A DNA stretch of 63,906 nucleotides from an uncultured bacterium (GCA_947311825.1 CAMZLY010000081.1:1-63906); one strand, 5' to 3'; positions 29,722 through 40,278 are shown, counted from the stretch's first letter. The notes: generated from the letters alone by a model not told the origin. Numbers and translations are program-made.

Positions 29722-30520
29722 TAATATCCTTTAGCTGTCTCCATATCTTTCGTAGCGAAGAGAGCTTTAAAGTATTATCCTTATCCGATAACGCCTCTTC
29801 CGGTTTGATATGCGTTTCTAAAAATATACCATCACAACCAACAGCAACTGCTGCACGTGCCAAGGCCGGTGCCCACTTGGAATCACCAGAAGAACTACTC
29901 CCAGCCCCACCCGGCCTCTGCACACTATGTGTAGCATCAAAAACAACCGGATATCCCATTTCCCGTAGTATAAGCAAACTACGCATATCTGCAACTAGAT
30001 TATTATACCCAAAACTTGCACCACGTTCTGTCAAAATAATCTTCCTTGTTCCTGTTGACTCTGCCTTAACCACAACATTGATCATATCCTCGGGGGCTAA
30101 AAACTGCCCCTTCTTGATATTAATAGCTTTTCCGCTATCTGCAGCGGCAATAATTAAATCGGTCTGCCTACATAAAAATGCCGGTATTTGCAATATATCA
30201 ACCACTTTTGCCACCGCATCAACCTCTGCCACACTATGCACATCAGTTAAAACCGGCACATTATAACATTCTTTAATCTCAGCAAGTATTTCAAGACCTT
30301 CTTCCATGCCAGGTCCGCGAAATGACTTATGAGATGATCTATTAGCCTTATCATACGATGCTTTAAAAACAAACGGAATATCTTCTTCTTTGGCCAACCG
30401 CACCAAACGCCCAGCCAAATCGACACAGCCCTTGCGACTTTCTATCACACAAGGCCCGGCAATCAATGCCAAAGACTTACGCCCACCAAACTTTATCCCA
30501 GCCACATTTACCGTCTTCAT
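29705..30520 (-). CDS. kdsA: 3-deoxy-8-phosphooctulonate (KDO-8-P) synthase
   Basis: 271 aa. LALIAGPCVIESR, FKASYDKANRSS and FDATHSVQ blocks. Confidence 0.9.
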   Translation of the reverse strand: MKTVNVAGIKFGGRKSLALIAGPCVIESRKGCVDLAGRLVRLAKEEDIPFVFKASYDKANRSSHKSFRGPGMEEGLEILAEIKECYNVPVLTDVHSVAEVDAVAKVVDILQIPAFLCRQTDLIIAAADSGKAINIKKGQFLAPEDMINVVVKAESTGTRKIILTERGASFGYNNLVADMRSLLILREMGYPVVFDATHSVQRPGGAGSSSSGDSKWAPALARAAVAVGCDGIFLETHIKPEEALSDKDNTLKLSSLRKIWRQLKDINEVID

Positions 30521-31257
30521 AAAATATCCTTTATAATACGCTCAACCTTTATTACGTCTTCCGGTGTATCGACACCTATACCAGCATCTTCTGTTCCAAC
30601 AACAATCATACTAGCACCAATGTACAATGCACGCAACTGCTCAAGTTTTTCGGCATTTTCCAATGCACATGGCGGAGTATTCACTAATTTCTCTAAAAAA
30701 TCACGCCTATAGGCATAAACCCCTAGATGCCGCATATACAAATCCTTGCCTAGACCACCATCATTATCACGAATAAAAGGAATAACCGAACGGGAAAAAT
30801 ATAACGCCCTACCATCCTGTGCCGTCACAACCTTTACTACCGATGATTCATCAATTTCAGACTCATCCAATATGGGTGTTGCCGCTGTTGCCATATCCCA
30901 ACTTCTATCTTCAACCATAACCCGAACCAACCGATCAAGCAAAGCTGAATCCAGCAACGGTTCATCTCCCTGAATATTAACAACCAAATCCGCATCAATC
31001 CCTTGCAACGCCTCAGCGATACGATCAGTGCCAGATGGATGATCAGGTGAAGTCATAACCGCACGAACACCCAACGGAACAACCGCATCAACAATCCGCT
31101 GATCATCAGTTGCAACCAACAGTTCATCAATCAGGTCAGCCTTACCGGCAGCCTCAACAACCCACTGCACCAACGGCTTACCGCATATAGAAATCAAACT
31201 TTTTCCGGGCAACCTTGTTGATGCCCACCGTGATGGAATAACACCTACTACACGCAT
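30517..31257 (-). CDS. kdsB: 3-deoxy-manno-octulosonate cytidylyltransferase (CMP-KDO synthetase)
   Basis: MRVVGVIPSRWASTRLPGKSL.. from the ATG at 31257, with IQGDEPL. ATGA overlap with kdsA. Confidence 0.9.
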   Translation of the reverse strand: MRVVGVIPSRWASTRLPGKSLISICGKPLVQWVVEAAGKADLIDELLVATDDQRIVDAVVPLGVRAVMTSPDHPSGTDRIAEALQGIDADLVVNIQGDEPLLDSALLDRLVRVMVEDRSWDMATAATPILDESEIDESSVVKVVTAQDGRALYFSRSVIPFIRDNDGGLGKDLYMRHLGVYAYRRDFLEKLVNTPPCALENAEKLEQLRALYIGASMIVVGTEDAGIGVDTPEDVIKVERIIKDIL

Positions 31258-31259
31258 AA

Positions 31260-32252
31260 TTAAATATTCTCCAAGATTTCTGATACCAAACAAGGAGCCG
31301 TCCCCAGCTTACCTACAACAATCCCCGCAGCAATATTTGCCAATGACGCCGCCTCTTCATGAGTCGCCCCGCCTGCAAGTGCAAGCACTGCCGTAGCAAT
31401 TACCGTATCACCCGCACCTGAAACATCAAACACCTCCATCGCCAACGTAGGAATTACCACCGGAGCAGAATCCTTGGCCAACAAATACATTCCGTATGCA
31501 CCCAAAGTAATTACAAGCAATTCAGTATTCCAACGTTCCTGTAAAATCGTCCCAATTTCCAGTAGATGTGCATCTGTTTCCGGAGCATTATTAAGCATTT
31601 CACTGCGAACACCAGCTGCGGCACATGCCTCCTTATAATTTGGAGTGGCAATTGTAATGCCAGATATATCAAGATCATGATTATCTTTCGGATCAAGCCC
31701 AACGGGAACACCAGCCTTATTAGCTGCTGCAAGAATTGTATTTATAACCTTCTGCGTAATACACCCCTTGCCATAATCCTCAATAATAACTCCATCAACT
31801 TTTGACATAACCTCATCAATCTCATTACAAAGCTCAGGGATCATACTCTGCATTTCTTCAGGTATATCTTCACGGTCAACTCTCACTATTTGCTGCCGCT
31901 CGGCAATAACTCTAGTTTTAACAATAGTCTTAATATCACCAGAAACAACACTCTCAACAGAAATATCATCTTTAGTAAGTAAAGCAAGCATATCATCGCC
32001 AGCACTATCACGCCCCATAATGCCGGACAATATTCCATTCCCGCCAAGTGCCTGAATATTAAGAGCCACATTAGCCGCCCCCCCAGGGCGGGAATACTCT
32101 TTCTGAACATGAACAACCGGCACCGGTGCTTCTGGGGAGATACGCTCCACATTGCCAACCACATACTTATCCAGCATAATATCGCCAACCACCAACACGC
32201 ACTTATTCTGCATTTGCACCAGCAACTCTTTTACCCTAGAACTTTCTATCAT
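31260..32252 (-). CDS. hldA: D-glycero-beta-D-manno-heptose-7-phosphate kinase (RfaE domain I only, PfkB family)
   Basis: 330 aa. VLVVGDIMLDKYVVGNVERISPEAPVPVV is the RfaE domain-I hallmark, with the C-terminal GAGDT motif. There is no adenylyltransferase domain. Confidence 0.75.
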   Translation of the reverse strand: MIESSRVKELLVQMQNKCVLVVGDIMLDKYVVGNVERISPEAPVPVVHVQKEYSRPGGAANVALNIQALGGNGILSGIMGRDSAGDDMLALLTKDDISVESVVSGDIKTIVKTRVIAERQQIVRVDREDIPEEMQSMIPELCNEIDEVMSKVDGVIIEDYGKGCITQKVINTILAAANKAGVPVGLDPKDNHDLDISGITIATPNYKEACAAAGVRSEMLNNAPETDAHLLEIGTILQERWNTELLVITLGAYGMYLLAKDSAPVVIPTLAMEVFDVSGAGDTVIATAVLALAGGATHEEAASLANIAAGIVVGKLGTAPCLVSEILENI

Positions 32253-33022
32253 TTAGTTCCTCCCGTAGTCCGAACTCCCCATTGTTCATTTTCATCAGCA
32301 GCCGCCTCGTCTTCATATAACCCTAAATACGACTTATCTTTGGATGCAAGCCACTCTTTTTTTATATCACTAAATTTACTGCCGTTAACAACTCCTGAAT
32401 TTATCGACAAAGAAAAATAACGCATATCATGCTTATAAATTTTTACCGGTAAAGTCTTAAAATACAACCCGGAAACTGAACTTATTTTACTGCCCGACTT
32501 ATCAACCCAACTTATTTCACTATCAGTTATATCAATTACAATTCTTTTATCAAACAAATCAAGCGTTTTGGAAAGTTGTGTAATATTCTCCGTCGGCAGA
32601 TTTCCTAACCGAGAAAAAGTATGCGGTCCCCAATCACCATCACCGCTCTGCTCAAGTGTTAATTCCCCGCGATTAATAAAAATATTTGTACGAAACTTAA
32701 AATCCTTCGACAAACGAACACTTTTAGCAAAAATAGATGTTTTATCCGTATCTTTCTCCTTTATTGAGACCCCTTCCAACACTAACACATAAGGCCACCC
32801 AACCCTTGTACCAGCCAATTCAACATCCATTCCAAGAGATTTGCCTAACTTATCAGTAATCACCTCTTTGCTACCATCAGTCTTAACAATAAAAAAGATA
32901 GCCACCAACAATATTATAACCACCATTAGAAACGGAACAACAAAACTACTAAAAAAACTCGAACGCCGTTCACCAGGTGTTATTACCTGCATATTTCCAG
33001 ATGATTCACGTGATTTAGCCAT
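32249..33022 (-). CDS. Membrane-anchored protein of unknown function
   Basis: 257 aa. One TM helix (FVVPFLMVVIILLVAIFFIV), then a beta-rich domain. 4-nt overlap with hldA suggests co-translation. No family recognised. Confidence 0.35.
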   Translation of the reverse strand: MAKSRESSGNMQVITPGERRSSFFSSFVVPFLMVVIILLVAIFFIVKTDGSKEVITDKLGKSLGMDVELAGTRVGWPYVLVLEGVSIKEKDTDKTSIFAKSVRLSKDFKFRTNIFINRGELTLEQSGDGDWGPHTFSRLGNLPTENITQLSKTLDLFDKRIVIDITDSEISWVDKSGSKISSVSGLYFKTLPVKIYKHDMRYFSLSINSGVVNGSKFSDIKKEWLASKDKSYLGLYEDEAAADENEQWGVRTTGGTK

Positions 33023-33096
33023 AATACAGTTCCTTTTCTTACATCCCTAACCTTCTCTGACCCCTAAAGCCTTTTAAACCCTTTTTCACGTCCCTA

Positions 33097-34131
33097 CTAC
33101 TCAGAAGGTAAAGATAATTCTGTTGTGGCACTAACCGAAATTGTACTTTTTCCATTATTGGGTAACTTAAGATTTGGTAATATCTGATCCATCAAATCAG
33201 CCACATTTTCTTTTGCATGGAAACGTTCCCCAAGATAATTATCAAATAATTCTTTCTGCTCATCATTAAGAACACCCTTAGCCTTAGCATCAACTTTATC
33301 AAAATTTACTATATTATCTTCAAGTGCATTACTAGCAGCATCCCCCAAGTTTTCTTCTTCACCCGTAGGATTAATCTTAAACTGCACCGCCCCGTAAGAA
33401 AGAGGAATATCTTTCACCGTATCAGGATCCAACTTCATAAACTCATCAACCTGCGTCCCCGTAAGTGCATGCCCATTCTCAGCAAGATAACTCGCAAAAT
33501 CATCTACAAATAACCTCGTAGGAAGCTCTTCCTCATATTTTTTATACTGATCATACTTATCCCCCAACAAATCACTGATTTGCTTATCAACGTCCTCCCC
33601 AGCCCCGCCCGTCAGCCATAAATTGCTTTTTTTATTCAACAAAGCCATCAATTTCTTTTTCACACTATCAGAAACCTCAATCTTATCAAATAAAACCGAA
33701 TACTTATCTTCCAGCGTAGGAGCAGAACTATTGGCGTTTTGCATATCAATAAGACTACTTAGCTTTTGGGACAACTCCTCTCCATCCTTCAAATTAGCAC
33801 TAACTACGTCTGAACTGCCGGCAACATCTATTGTTTTATTATCCTTTTTAACGCTATCTTTTGCTACCTGCATAATTTGTAAAGACTTGTTTTTCTCCTT
33901 CAAATCCGCAAGCTGTTCCCGCAATATCTTTATCTCGCTATCCTTATCAGTAAGCTCATTTTTCAACGTCTTAACAACCATATTATCAGCATCTACACCA
34001 CTATCCTTAACCTCAGGCAGATTCTCGCTCTCTCTATTCAGAAAACTCTTATTTTGCATTATCTGACGTGCATACAAAATAGACAAAACAACTACAGCAA
34101 CAGATAAAACAACAATAATACTTCTTTTCAT
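33097..34131 (-). CDS. Secreted or anchored coiled-coil protein of unknown function
   Basis: 344 aa. An N-terminal hydrophobic helix (IIVVLSVAVVVLSILYA), then a coiled-coil stretch (EIKILREQLADLKEKNKSL) and an acidic helical remainder. No family recognised. Confidence 0.35.
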   Translation of the reverse strand: MKRSIIVVLSVAVVVLSILYARQIMQNKSFLNRESENLPEVKDSGVDADNMVVKTLKNELTDKDSEIKILREQLADLKEKNKSLQIMQVAKDSVKKDNKTIDVAGSSDVVSANLKDGEELSQKLSSLIDMQNANSSAPTLEDKYSVLFDKIEVSDSVKKKLMALLNKKSNLWLTGGAGEDVDKQISDLLGDKYDQYKKYEEELPTRLFVDDFASYLAENGHALTGTQVDEFMKLDPDTVKDIPLSYGAVQFKINPTGEEENLGDAASNALEDNIVNFDKVDAKAKGVLNDEQKELFDNYLGERFHAKENVADLMDQILPNLKLPNNGKSTISVSATTELSLPSE

Positions 34132-34400
34132 ATTAATAAACCCTTTTACATTTATAATTACAGACCAAAATAAGAAAAAATCACCTAGATGAAAAGAAAA
34201 TTCTCATCTAATCCATTGCTAGTGACTTATTGTTTTTTTAGAATTGCTAAAAAAATAAATATATGCTCTAATTTCGCAATGGCTCAAATACAATAAACAA
34301 CCTTCTAAGGAACAAAACAATTAAAACAAAAAAAATATCACTACTATTAATATGTACACTATTTGCGACAACATTAGTATACGCAACCATATTCAGCTCC

Positions 34401-35615
34401 ATGTTTCCACTTGCAAACTTCTTTATGACCATAAAAGGAACAAGCTTACATTATCCACCAAATACTGCGTTTACTTATATAGCTACAGAAACAAATGCAC
34501 CCTACCCTGGCTACTTAACCCCTACAACAGGATCCGTATTCTCTAACAAAATAATACGTGTATCTGACTACCCATCCGTTATCGCAGAAGAACCATACCC
34601 CAAAACTCAAGCATGGAATATTGACGGAACTCTGTTAATGCTATACTACAAACTATTAGACGGAAAAACATACCAAACTATCGCAAGTAATATTTGGTGG
34701 GATGATGATGAACGCAAATGGTCCGCTGTGTATCCGCACATTTACTACGCAATGGAACACTATATAGATACAAATGGTGATGGTACTAACGATCACTCTT
34801 TTGTCAAGCGCGATGTAACGCCGGTTTTATCAGGATCCAGCACGCCACTCAAAGAAGTACTAATAAGTTTTACTAACAACTTATACGACGAACTACTACT
34901 TGGCAAATATGAAGGCAACATTGATCACCAAGATAAATATGTTGTTTTTGCCGCCAAAAAGAAAAATACCAATTATCTCACTGCCATAGTATTTGACATC
35001 CAAAACAAGCAAATAACAGCTCAGGCAGATTTCACAAATATAACCTGGACAGATAGCAATGGATATCAAGTGCTAGACTGGATATCGGTATCACCATCAG
35101 GTAATTATATTCTAATAGACTGGAAAAAAGACCCAGATAATCCAGATCCGGTTTTCCGTTATTCAATTGATCAATATGATATTAATCTAAACTTCATACG
35201 TGAACTTGCCGCACAAGGAGAGCACGGAGATATTGGCGTAGATACCAACGGAACGGATACATTCATCCAATTTGAGTTTGGAAGCAGAGCAGGAATATGG
35301 GCATACAACCTCGCAACCGGAGGAGAGACAAGGCTACTCCCCAGCAAATATAACGGTGGTCACATAAGCTGCCGTAACTATAAACGCCCAGGATGGTGCT
35401 ACCCCAGCACTAACAAAGAAGGCTTTAAGGAAGTATTTGCACTAAAACTTGATGGTAGCGGTATAGTTAACCGGTTTGCACAAACCCACATAACCGATCC
35501 CAACTCAGAAGGAGGTGTCAGCCCCGACGGCACAAAAATGATATTCAAAAGCAGTTGGGGTGGAGCAACCTCAAATGGAACAGACGAAACCTTTGTGGTC
35601 GAACCATACAAATAA
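34401..35615 (+). CDS. Hypothetical protein, possibly beta-propeller-like and exported
   Basis: 404 aa from the first ATG. Rich in W/Y/G/D/N repeats. An in-frame hydrophobic signal-like stretch lies upstream of the ATG (see findings). Confidence 0.35.
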   Translation: MFPLANFFMTIKGTSLHYPPNTAFTYIATETNAPYPGYLTPTTGSVFSNKIIRVSDYPSVIAEEPYPKTQAWNIDGTLLMLYYKLLDGKTYQTIASNIWWDDDERKWSAVYPHIYYAMEHYIDTNGDGTNDHSFVKRDVTPVLSGSSTPLKEVLISFTNNLYDELLLGKYEGNIDHQDKYVVFAAKKKNTNYLTAIVFDIQNKQITAQADFTNITWTDSNGYQVLDWISVSPSGNYILIDWKKDPDNPDPVFRYSIDQYDINLNFIRELAAQGEHGDIGVDTNGTDTFIQFEFGSRAGIWAYNLATGGETRLLPSKYNGGHISCRNYKRPGWCYPSTNKEGFKEVFALKLDGSGIVNRFAQTHITDPNSEGGVSPDGTKMIFKSSWGGATSNGTDETFVVEPYK

Positions 35616-35679
35616 ACTTCATAAAAAACAGCTAGAAATGCACCCTTCAGTAAACACCCCTACTATTTTAAAAACACAC

Positions 35680-36495
35680 CTATTCTTCTGTTGTTTTCTT
35701 TCGCCAAATCTTTAATTCATTCATTATAGCAACATGTGCCGCAACAACATTCATCATAACGGCAGGCTCCTTTTCTTTAGTAAAAGCAGAACCTCTGTAG
35801 GCAGAAACCAACGTAAGCATATCCTCACTAGCCCACGAAGGCTGTTTTAATCTAAGAAATGTCCATATATCACATCGCGAATTATTCCACTTTGCCTGAA
35901 GCATCATTTTCGTATTAGTAATTGGATGCTTTAAACTGGACCATGTTAATCCACGAGGCACCCAACTAGGATCCTCCTCCATACCTACCCTGGGGAACAC
36001 CATAGAGCGAACATCAATCGCTAATGCAGAGAAGTCACCTGACCTCAACATGCTAGTAACCCAAATAGATATACCACCTGAACTTGATGTTAATCGCCAA
36101 ATCTGCAACTGCTTAGGCAAATTATTAGTAACAGATTCATGCCCACGCCTAGTATCGGCAAGCAAGTCAACTGTATATCCCTTAATCTTCATGCAATCGC
36201 ACATATTGTAACCATGCACTAATCTAGTTAAAACAATAGAATCATTTTCTTGCTCCCGCGGTTTAATCATGAATGCAGCAACATTTGGCTCCATCACGGT
36301 TGTAACAACCGGTACCGACTTAATAATATATTTACTTTTATCACTCTGTTCAAAGCCAACAAAAGCATCATTGCTTAACTTAAAAGCATCGAGAGCACGA
36401 TTACTGTAACTTGACATTATTTCCCAGAATCCCACCAAGAAAACACAAACAAGAAGTGCCACAGCTGTAACTATCTGTTTTTTTTCATGTGCCAT
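35680..36495 (-). CDS. Membrane-anchored protein, tentatively EpsI-like (exosortase-associated)
   Basis: About 271 aa from the ATG at 36495 (the track's TTG is at 36510). One TM helix, then a soluble domain containing VHGYNMCDCMKIKGY. This recalls the H-x4-C-x4-G-(W/Y) block I remember from EpsI-family proteins. Last gene of the exosortase operon. Weak call. Confidence 0.3.
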   Translation of the reverse strand: MAHEKKQIVTAVALLVCVFLVGFWEIMSSYSNRALDAFKLSNDAFVGFEQSDKSKYIIKSVPVVTTVMEPNVAAFMIKPREQENDSIVLTRLVHGYNMCDCMKIKGYTVDLLADTRRGHESVTNNLPKQLQIWRLTSSSGGISIWVTSMLRSGDFSALAIDVRSMVFPRVGMEEDPSWVPRGLTWSSLKHPITNTKMMLQAKWNNSRCDIWTFLRLKQPSWASEDMLTLVSAYRGSAFTKEKEPAVMMNVVAAHVAIMNELKIWRKKTTEE

Positions 36496-36512
36496 CCAAA
36501 GCCTCTTCAATT

Positions 36513-37934
36513 CTACTTTGATCGCTCTTTTCCAAAAAGGACAATACGTAAAGTACTAAGAATAATCTGTAAATCAAGACTCAACGATAAATGTTTAATA
36601 TAATAAAGGTCATACTCTAATTTTCGCTTAGCATCTTCAACTGAACTACCGTAATGATATCTAATTTGTGCCCAGCCAGTAAGCCCCGGCATCACATTCT
36701 CTCTTTCACGATAAAAAGGAATATCTTTTTCAATCCGGTTTATAATAGAGGTACGTTCTGGGCGTGGACCAACTAAGTTCATTTCTCCACGTAAAATATT
36801 AAAAAACTGCGGAATTTCATCTATCCTTGTTTTGCGCAATATGCGCCCAAACCAAGTAATTCTTTCATCATTATCTGCAGCCCAAACTGGTCCAGTATCA
36901 TCTTCCGCACCATGCCGCATTGTGCGAAGTTTATATATCGTAAAAAGTACACCAAAACGCCCTTCTCTTTCCTGAGAATATAGAATGGGACTACGAGGCT
37001 CAAGTATCTTCATAATCAAAGCTACTAATAATAACAATGGTGCAGATAAAATGACGGCAAATAAGGAAATAAGTATATCTGATATTCTTTTCATCCTCCA
37101 TATACTCTGCAAACGTGACTCCATACTAACCTGCATCAATAATTCCTCATCAACATATTCTAATGGAGTCATTCCGCTATATATTTCAGCAATATGCAAT
37201 GGCAAAAGAACCTCCATCCCATTGAAGCGTAAATGTTTTAATTGCGGATATAATATATTAGCCTTACTCATATCATCAAGTGCAAGTATAATTAAATCAA
37301 CCCCCAGACTATTGACAACCTCTTCTAATTTATCTGGAGATGCATAAATCACCACTACACCATCATTAAAATCAGAACCAGAACGTAATTCAACCTTAGT
37401 GTCCAAAACAGAAATGAAAGCTACCGCTTTATGTGCAGGGAGCACAAATTCTTTTTCTATAATACGACGACAAAACCTAGCACTCTTACCGCTACCAATA
37501 ATAACAGAACGACAAGTAAAACGCTCACTTCTGAATAGTGCCCTATAGACCATCATTTTAAGGGATAACGACACGACACTGTAAACTATAACAGAAATAA
37601 GAAGTACGCCACGTCCAAGCACCACCATAAACCAAGCATAAGAAGTAATACTAAGGATAAAAAGAGCAAAAACCAATGAGAATAGCCAAGTAACAATGAG
37701 GTTAAACCTGGAAAATGTATATTGAACTCTATAGCTACCAGCCAAATAATTAGCTAAGATAACACCACCAAAGAACATCATCCAGCCATCTATATGCTCA
37801 AAAGCATAAACTGCGGTTGCTCCATGTCCTAGCCGACCAATGATACCAGCCGCACCGCCGATAATTAGACAAACTAAATCTATTAACGCCAACCAAGCAA
37901 TCTGTACACGAACATGTGAACGAGCCATTACCAT
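36513..37934 (-). CDS. Polyprenyl-phosphate hexose-1-phosphate transferase (bacterial sugar transferase, WbaP/EpsB-like)
   Basis: 473 aa. N-terminal TM helices, a central Rossmann-like part, and a C-terminal catalytic domain with YKLRTM, DEIPQFFNILRGEMNLVGPRPE and KLEYDLYYI. Confidence 0.85.
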   Translation of the reverse strand: MVMARSHVRVQIAWLALIDLVCLIIGGAAGIIGRLGHGATAVYAFEHIDGWMMFFGGVILANYLAGSYRVQYTFSRFNLIVTWLFSLVFALFILSITSYAWFMVVLGRGVLLISVIVYSVVSLSLKMMVYRALFRSERFTCRSVIIGSGKSARFCRRIIEKEFVLPAHKAVAFISVLDTKVELRSGSDFNDGVVVIYASPDKLEEVVNSLGVDLIILALDDMSKANILYPQLKHLRFNGMEVLLPLHIAEIYSGMTPLEYVDEELLMQVSMESRLQSIWRMKRISDILISLFAVILSAPLLLLVALIMKILEPRSPILYSQEREGRFGVLFTIYKLRTMRHGAEDDTGPVWAADNDERITWFGRILRKTRIDEIPQFFNILRGEMNLVGPRPERTSIINRIEKDIPFYRERENVMPGLTGWAQIRYHYGSSVEDAKRKLEYDLYYIKHLSLSLDLQIILSTLRIVLFGKERSK

Positions 37935-37962
37935 AGTTTGATCCTATTTTATAACTCAACTA

Positions 37963-40266
37963 TCAAGAGAAAGTATTTCTAACCCACCGATCAAATGATT
38001 TTCTTGCATTTTGTAGTGGATTCTTGCGGCGATATTTAACCGCTTTACCCTTTTGCTCACCATAATTATAATAATTATAACCATAGGCATAAGCATTACT
38101 GTAATAAGCATAATTAGGATATTGATAAGCATAATAAAGACTGCTTATCTTATGCATTTCAATACTATTCATAATTAATCCCAATACATTTGCTTCCTTC
38201 AACATATCAAGAGAATAGCGAATCAGTGGTTTTGGAGTATGATTAACACGTGCAACATATATAACCACTCCAACGCCCAGCGTTGTCATAATAACCGTAT
38301 CAGTTACTCGCAGAATTGGTGATGTATCAACAAAAATATAGTCATAATCATCTTGTAGTTCTACCAACATTGCCATTAGATTTGCTGACTGTAACATTTC
38401 AGATGAACCATCATACGTTTTACCTGTCGGAGCCAAGGAAAGATTTTCTATGCGCGTAGAAACAATAACATCCTTAATAGTACGTTGATCTTTTAATGCA
38501 TCAGTGATACCAGGAGCCTTTGAAACACCTAATGATCTATGCAGGCGTCCACGACGTAAATCCATGTCAATCAACAAAACCTTCTTCTCCATCTGTGCTG
38601 TCATAATAGCTAAATTAAGCGTTGTTAATGTTTTTCCTTCACGGGAATCAGCACTGGTAACAAAAACAATCTTTTCATTAAGCTTAGCAAGCTCTGTAAT
38701 CAAAACTGTACGCAGTGCACGATACGCCTCTACCGCTCCTGAAGAATGCTCTTCTGTCACAATTGGACGAACCGTACGCTCAAGACCACTATGCACCCAA
38801 TAAGGAACCCCACCTAAGAATTTAATTTCTAAATCTTTTTCAACATCTTTAATAGATTGAATCTTATTATCCAGAAACTGCATAAAAAATGATATCCCAA
38901 AACCTGCACCAAGCCCAATAACAACCGCAACTAACAATATTCTTGAGGGATCTGGCCAAGTGGGCTTTGTCGGAGATGTTGCATGTCGTACTATTGAAAA
39001 TCTTTCGGTATTCGTTTCTTCAGCAATCTTTGTTTCATGATAACGTGCGTAAAGTGTACTGTAGTTTTTCTTATACCGTGTAAGCGAATCCTTAAACCTT
39101 GATAACTCAGTTTCTTTAACCATAGATTGCAAACGTTTTGCCTGCCATTTATATTCCATAGACTCAAGTGATTTAAGTAAAATCAACATTGATTTATGCT
39201 TATCCCTCAAAGACATAAGCTTTAACTGTGCCAAATAATTCATCTGATCTTTAATGTTTTTTATTTTAGCATCAACAGCACGCACAAGCTGATGTTCAGG
39301 AGTTAGATTCTTTTGGAGTTCCGCTTTTTCATCTTTAAGATTTAATAATTTCAATCGTAAAGTTACCAACCCTGTAATTTCATCTTCACCACTTGTCCCC
39401 TTGCCGGGATTGACCGTACTTCCATTCCCATCGCTATCTTCAGGAAAAGCATCTTTCAACCATTCATCATCATTTCCGCCAGTTTTCCTCCCGGCCGCAT
39501 CAAATTTAGAAGCTTTATCTGACACTATACCGGCAGCCATACTATCAACTGCTGAGATCACTGCTAGATTGGAATCTTTTAATTCAGGATTAGCAGTTTC
39601 CATCATAAACAGTTCGGTCTCAAGGGCAGTGCGACGACTCATTATACGCTTAATAAACCCCTCCTCAACCCTAGCTCTAATAGTTTGCCGTGTAAGGTCA
39701 TTCAGTCGAGTATATTCTATAATATTATTCTGGGCTTCTTCTATTTTTTCTTCTGTAAGTGACATCTCTGCTAACAACGCCTTAATCGCATTACTCATTG
39801 ACTGCCGTTGCTTACTACGCCATTGCACCTCATGAATCGATAATAATGTATCAAGAAATTTTATTGCATACTCACGGTTAACACACTTAGTCGAGATGGT
39901 AACGCTTGACCTGCCCGGTCGTGCAGAAACAGACAACGCCATCGCCTTACGCCCCCCCATTTGCTCAGACCACTCATCAAATAATTTATCCACTGTACGA
40001 TCCCGTAAATCGGCACTGGACAATAATTGCGCATGCGTTCCCGGTCGTGCCCATTGCCCTGCAGCCTTAGTAACAGTTGTCAATGGATCACGATAAATGG
40101 AAATAGCACAACTTGCTTCGTACTGTGGAGGAGTAAAATCAATATATAACACACCGCCAAGCAGTGCATATAAAAAACAGACAACGATAGTCTTCCAATG
40201 GAAAAAAATCATTCCTATATATAGCCGAATATCTATCGGTTCGCTTTGTTCTAATTCTTGTGGCAT
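37963..40266 (-). CDS. Polysaccharide co-polymerase / BY-kinase (Wzc-like chain-length determinant with tyrosine autokinase)
   Basis: 767 aa. Two TM helices flank a long coiled-coil periplasmic region. Walker A SADSREGKT, Walker A' LLIDMDLRR, Walker B IFVDTSP. The tail is Tyr-rich: YYAYQYPNYAYYSNAYAYGYNYYNYG. Confidence 0.85.
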   Translation of the reverse strand: MPQELEQSEPIDIRLYIGMIFFHWKTIVVCFLYALLGGVLYIDFTPPQYEASCAISIYRDPLTTVTKAAGQWARPGTHAQLLSSADLRDRTVDKLFDEWSEQMGGRKAMALSVSARPGRSSVTISTKCVNREYAIKFLDTLLSIHEVQWRSKQRQSMSNAIKALLAEMSLTEEKIEEAQNNIIEYTRLNDLTRQTIRARVEEGFIKRIMSRRTALETELFMMETANPELKDSNLAVISAVDSMAAGIVSDKASKFDAAGRKTGGNDDEWLKDAFPEDSDGNGSTVNPGKGTSGEDEITGLVTLRLKLLNLKDEKAELQKNLTPEHQLVRAVDAKIKNIKDQMNYLAQLKLMSLRDKHKSMLILLKSLESMEYKWQAKRLQSMVKETELSRFKDSLTRYKKNYSTLYARYHETKIAEETNTERFSIVRHATSPTKPTWPDPSRILLVAVVIGLGAGFGISFFMQFLDNKIQSIKDVEKDLEIKFLGGVPYWVHSGLERTVRPIVTEEHSSGAVEAYRALRTVLITELAKLNEKIVFVTSADSREGKTLTTLNLAIMTAQMEKKVLLIDMDLRRGRLHRSLGVSKAPGITDALKDQRTIKDVIVSTRIENLSLAPTGKTYDGSSEMLQSANLMAMLVELQDDYDYIFVDTSPILRVTDTVIMTTLGVGVVIYVARVNHTPKPLIRYSLDMLKEANVLGLIMNSIEMHKISSLYYAYQYPNYAYYSNAYAYGYNYYNYGEQKGKAVKYRRKNPLQNARKSFDRWVRNTFS

Positions 40267-40278
40267 TTAGGCGTCCTT

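Noticed and set aside
32249-35615. Looked for PEP-CTERM-type substrates among the unassigned proteins near the exosortase operon
   Set aside because: The C-termini (..TTGGTK, ..ELSLPSE, ..FVVEPYK, and ..FAGNSK at 58452) have no motif-TM-basic tripartite ending.
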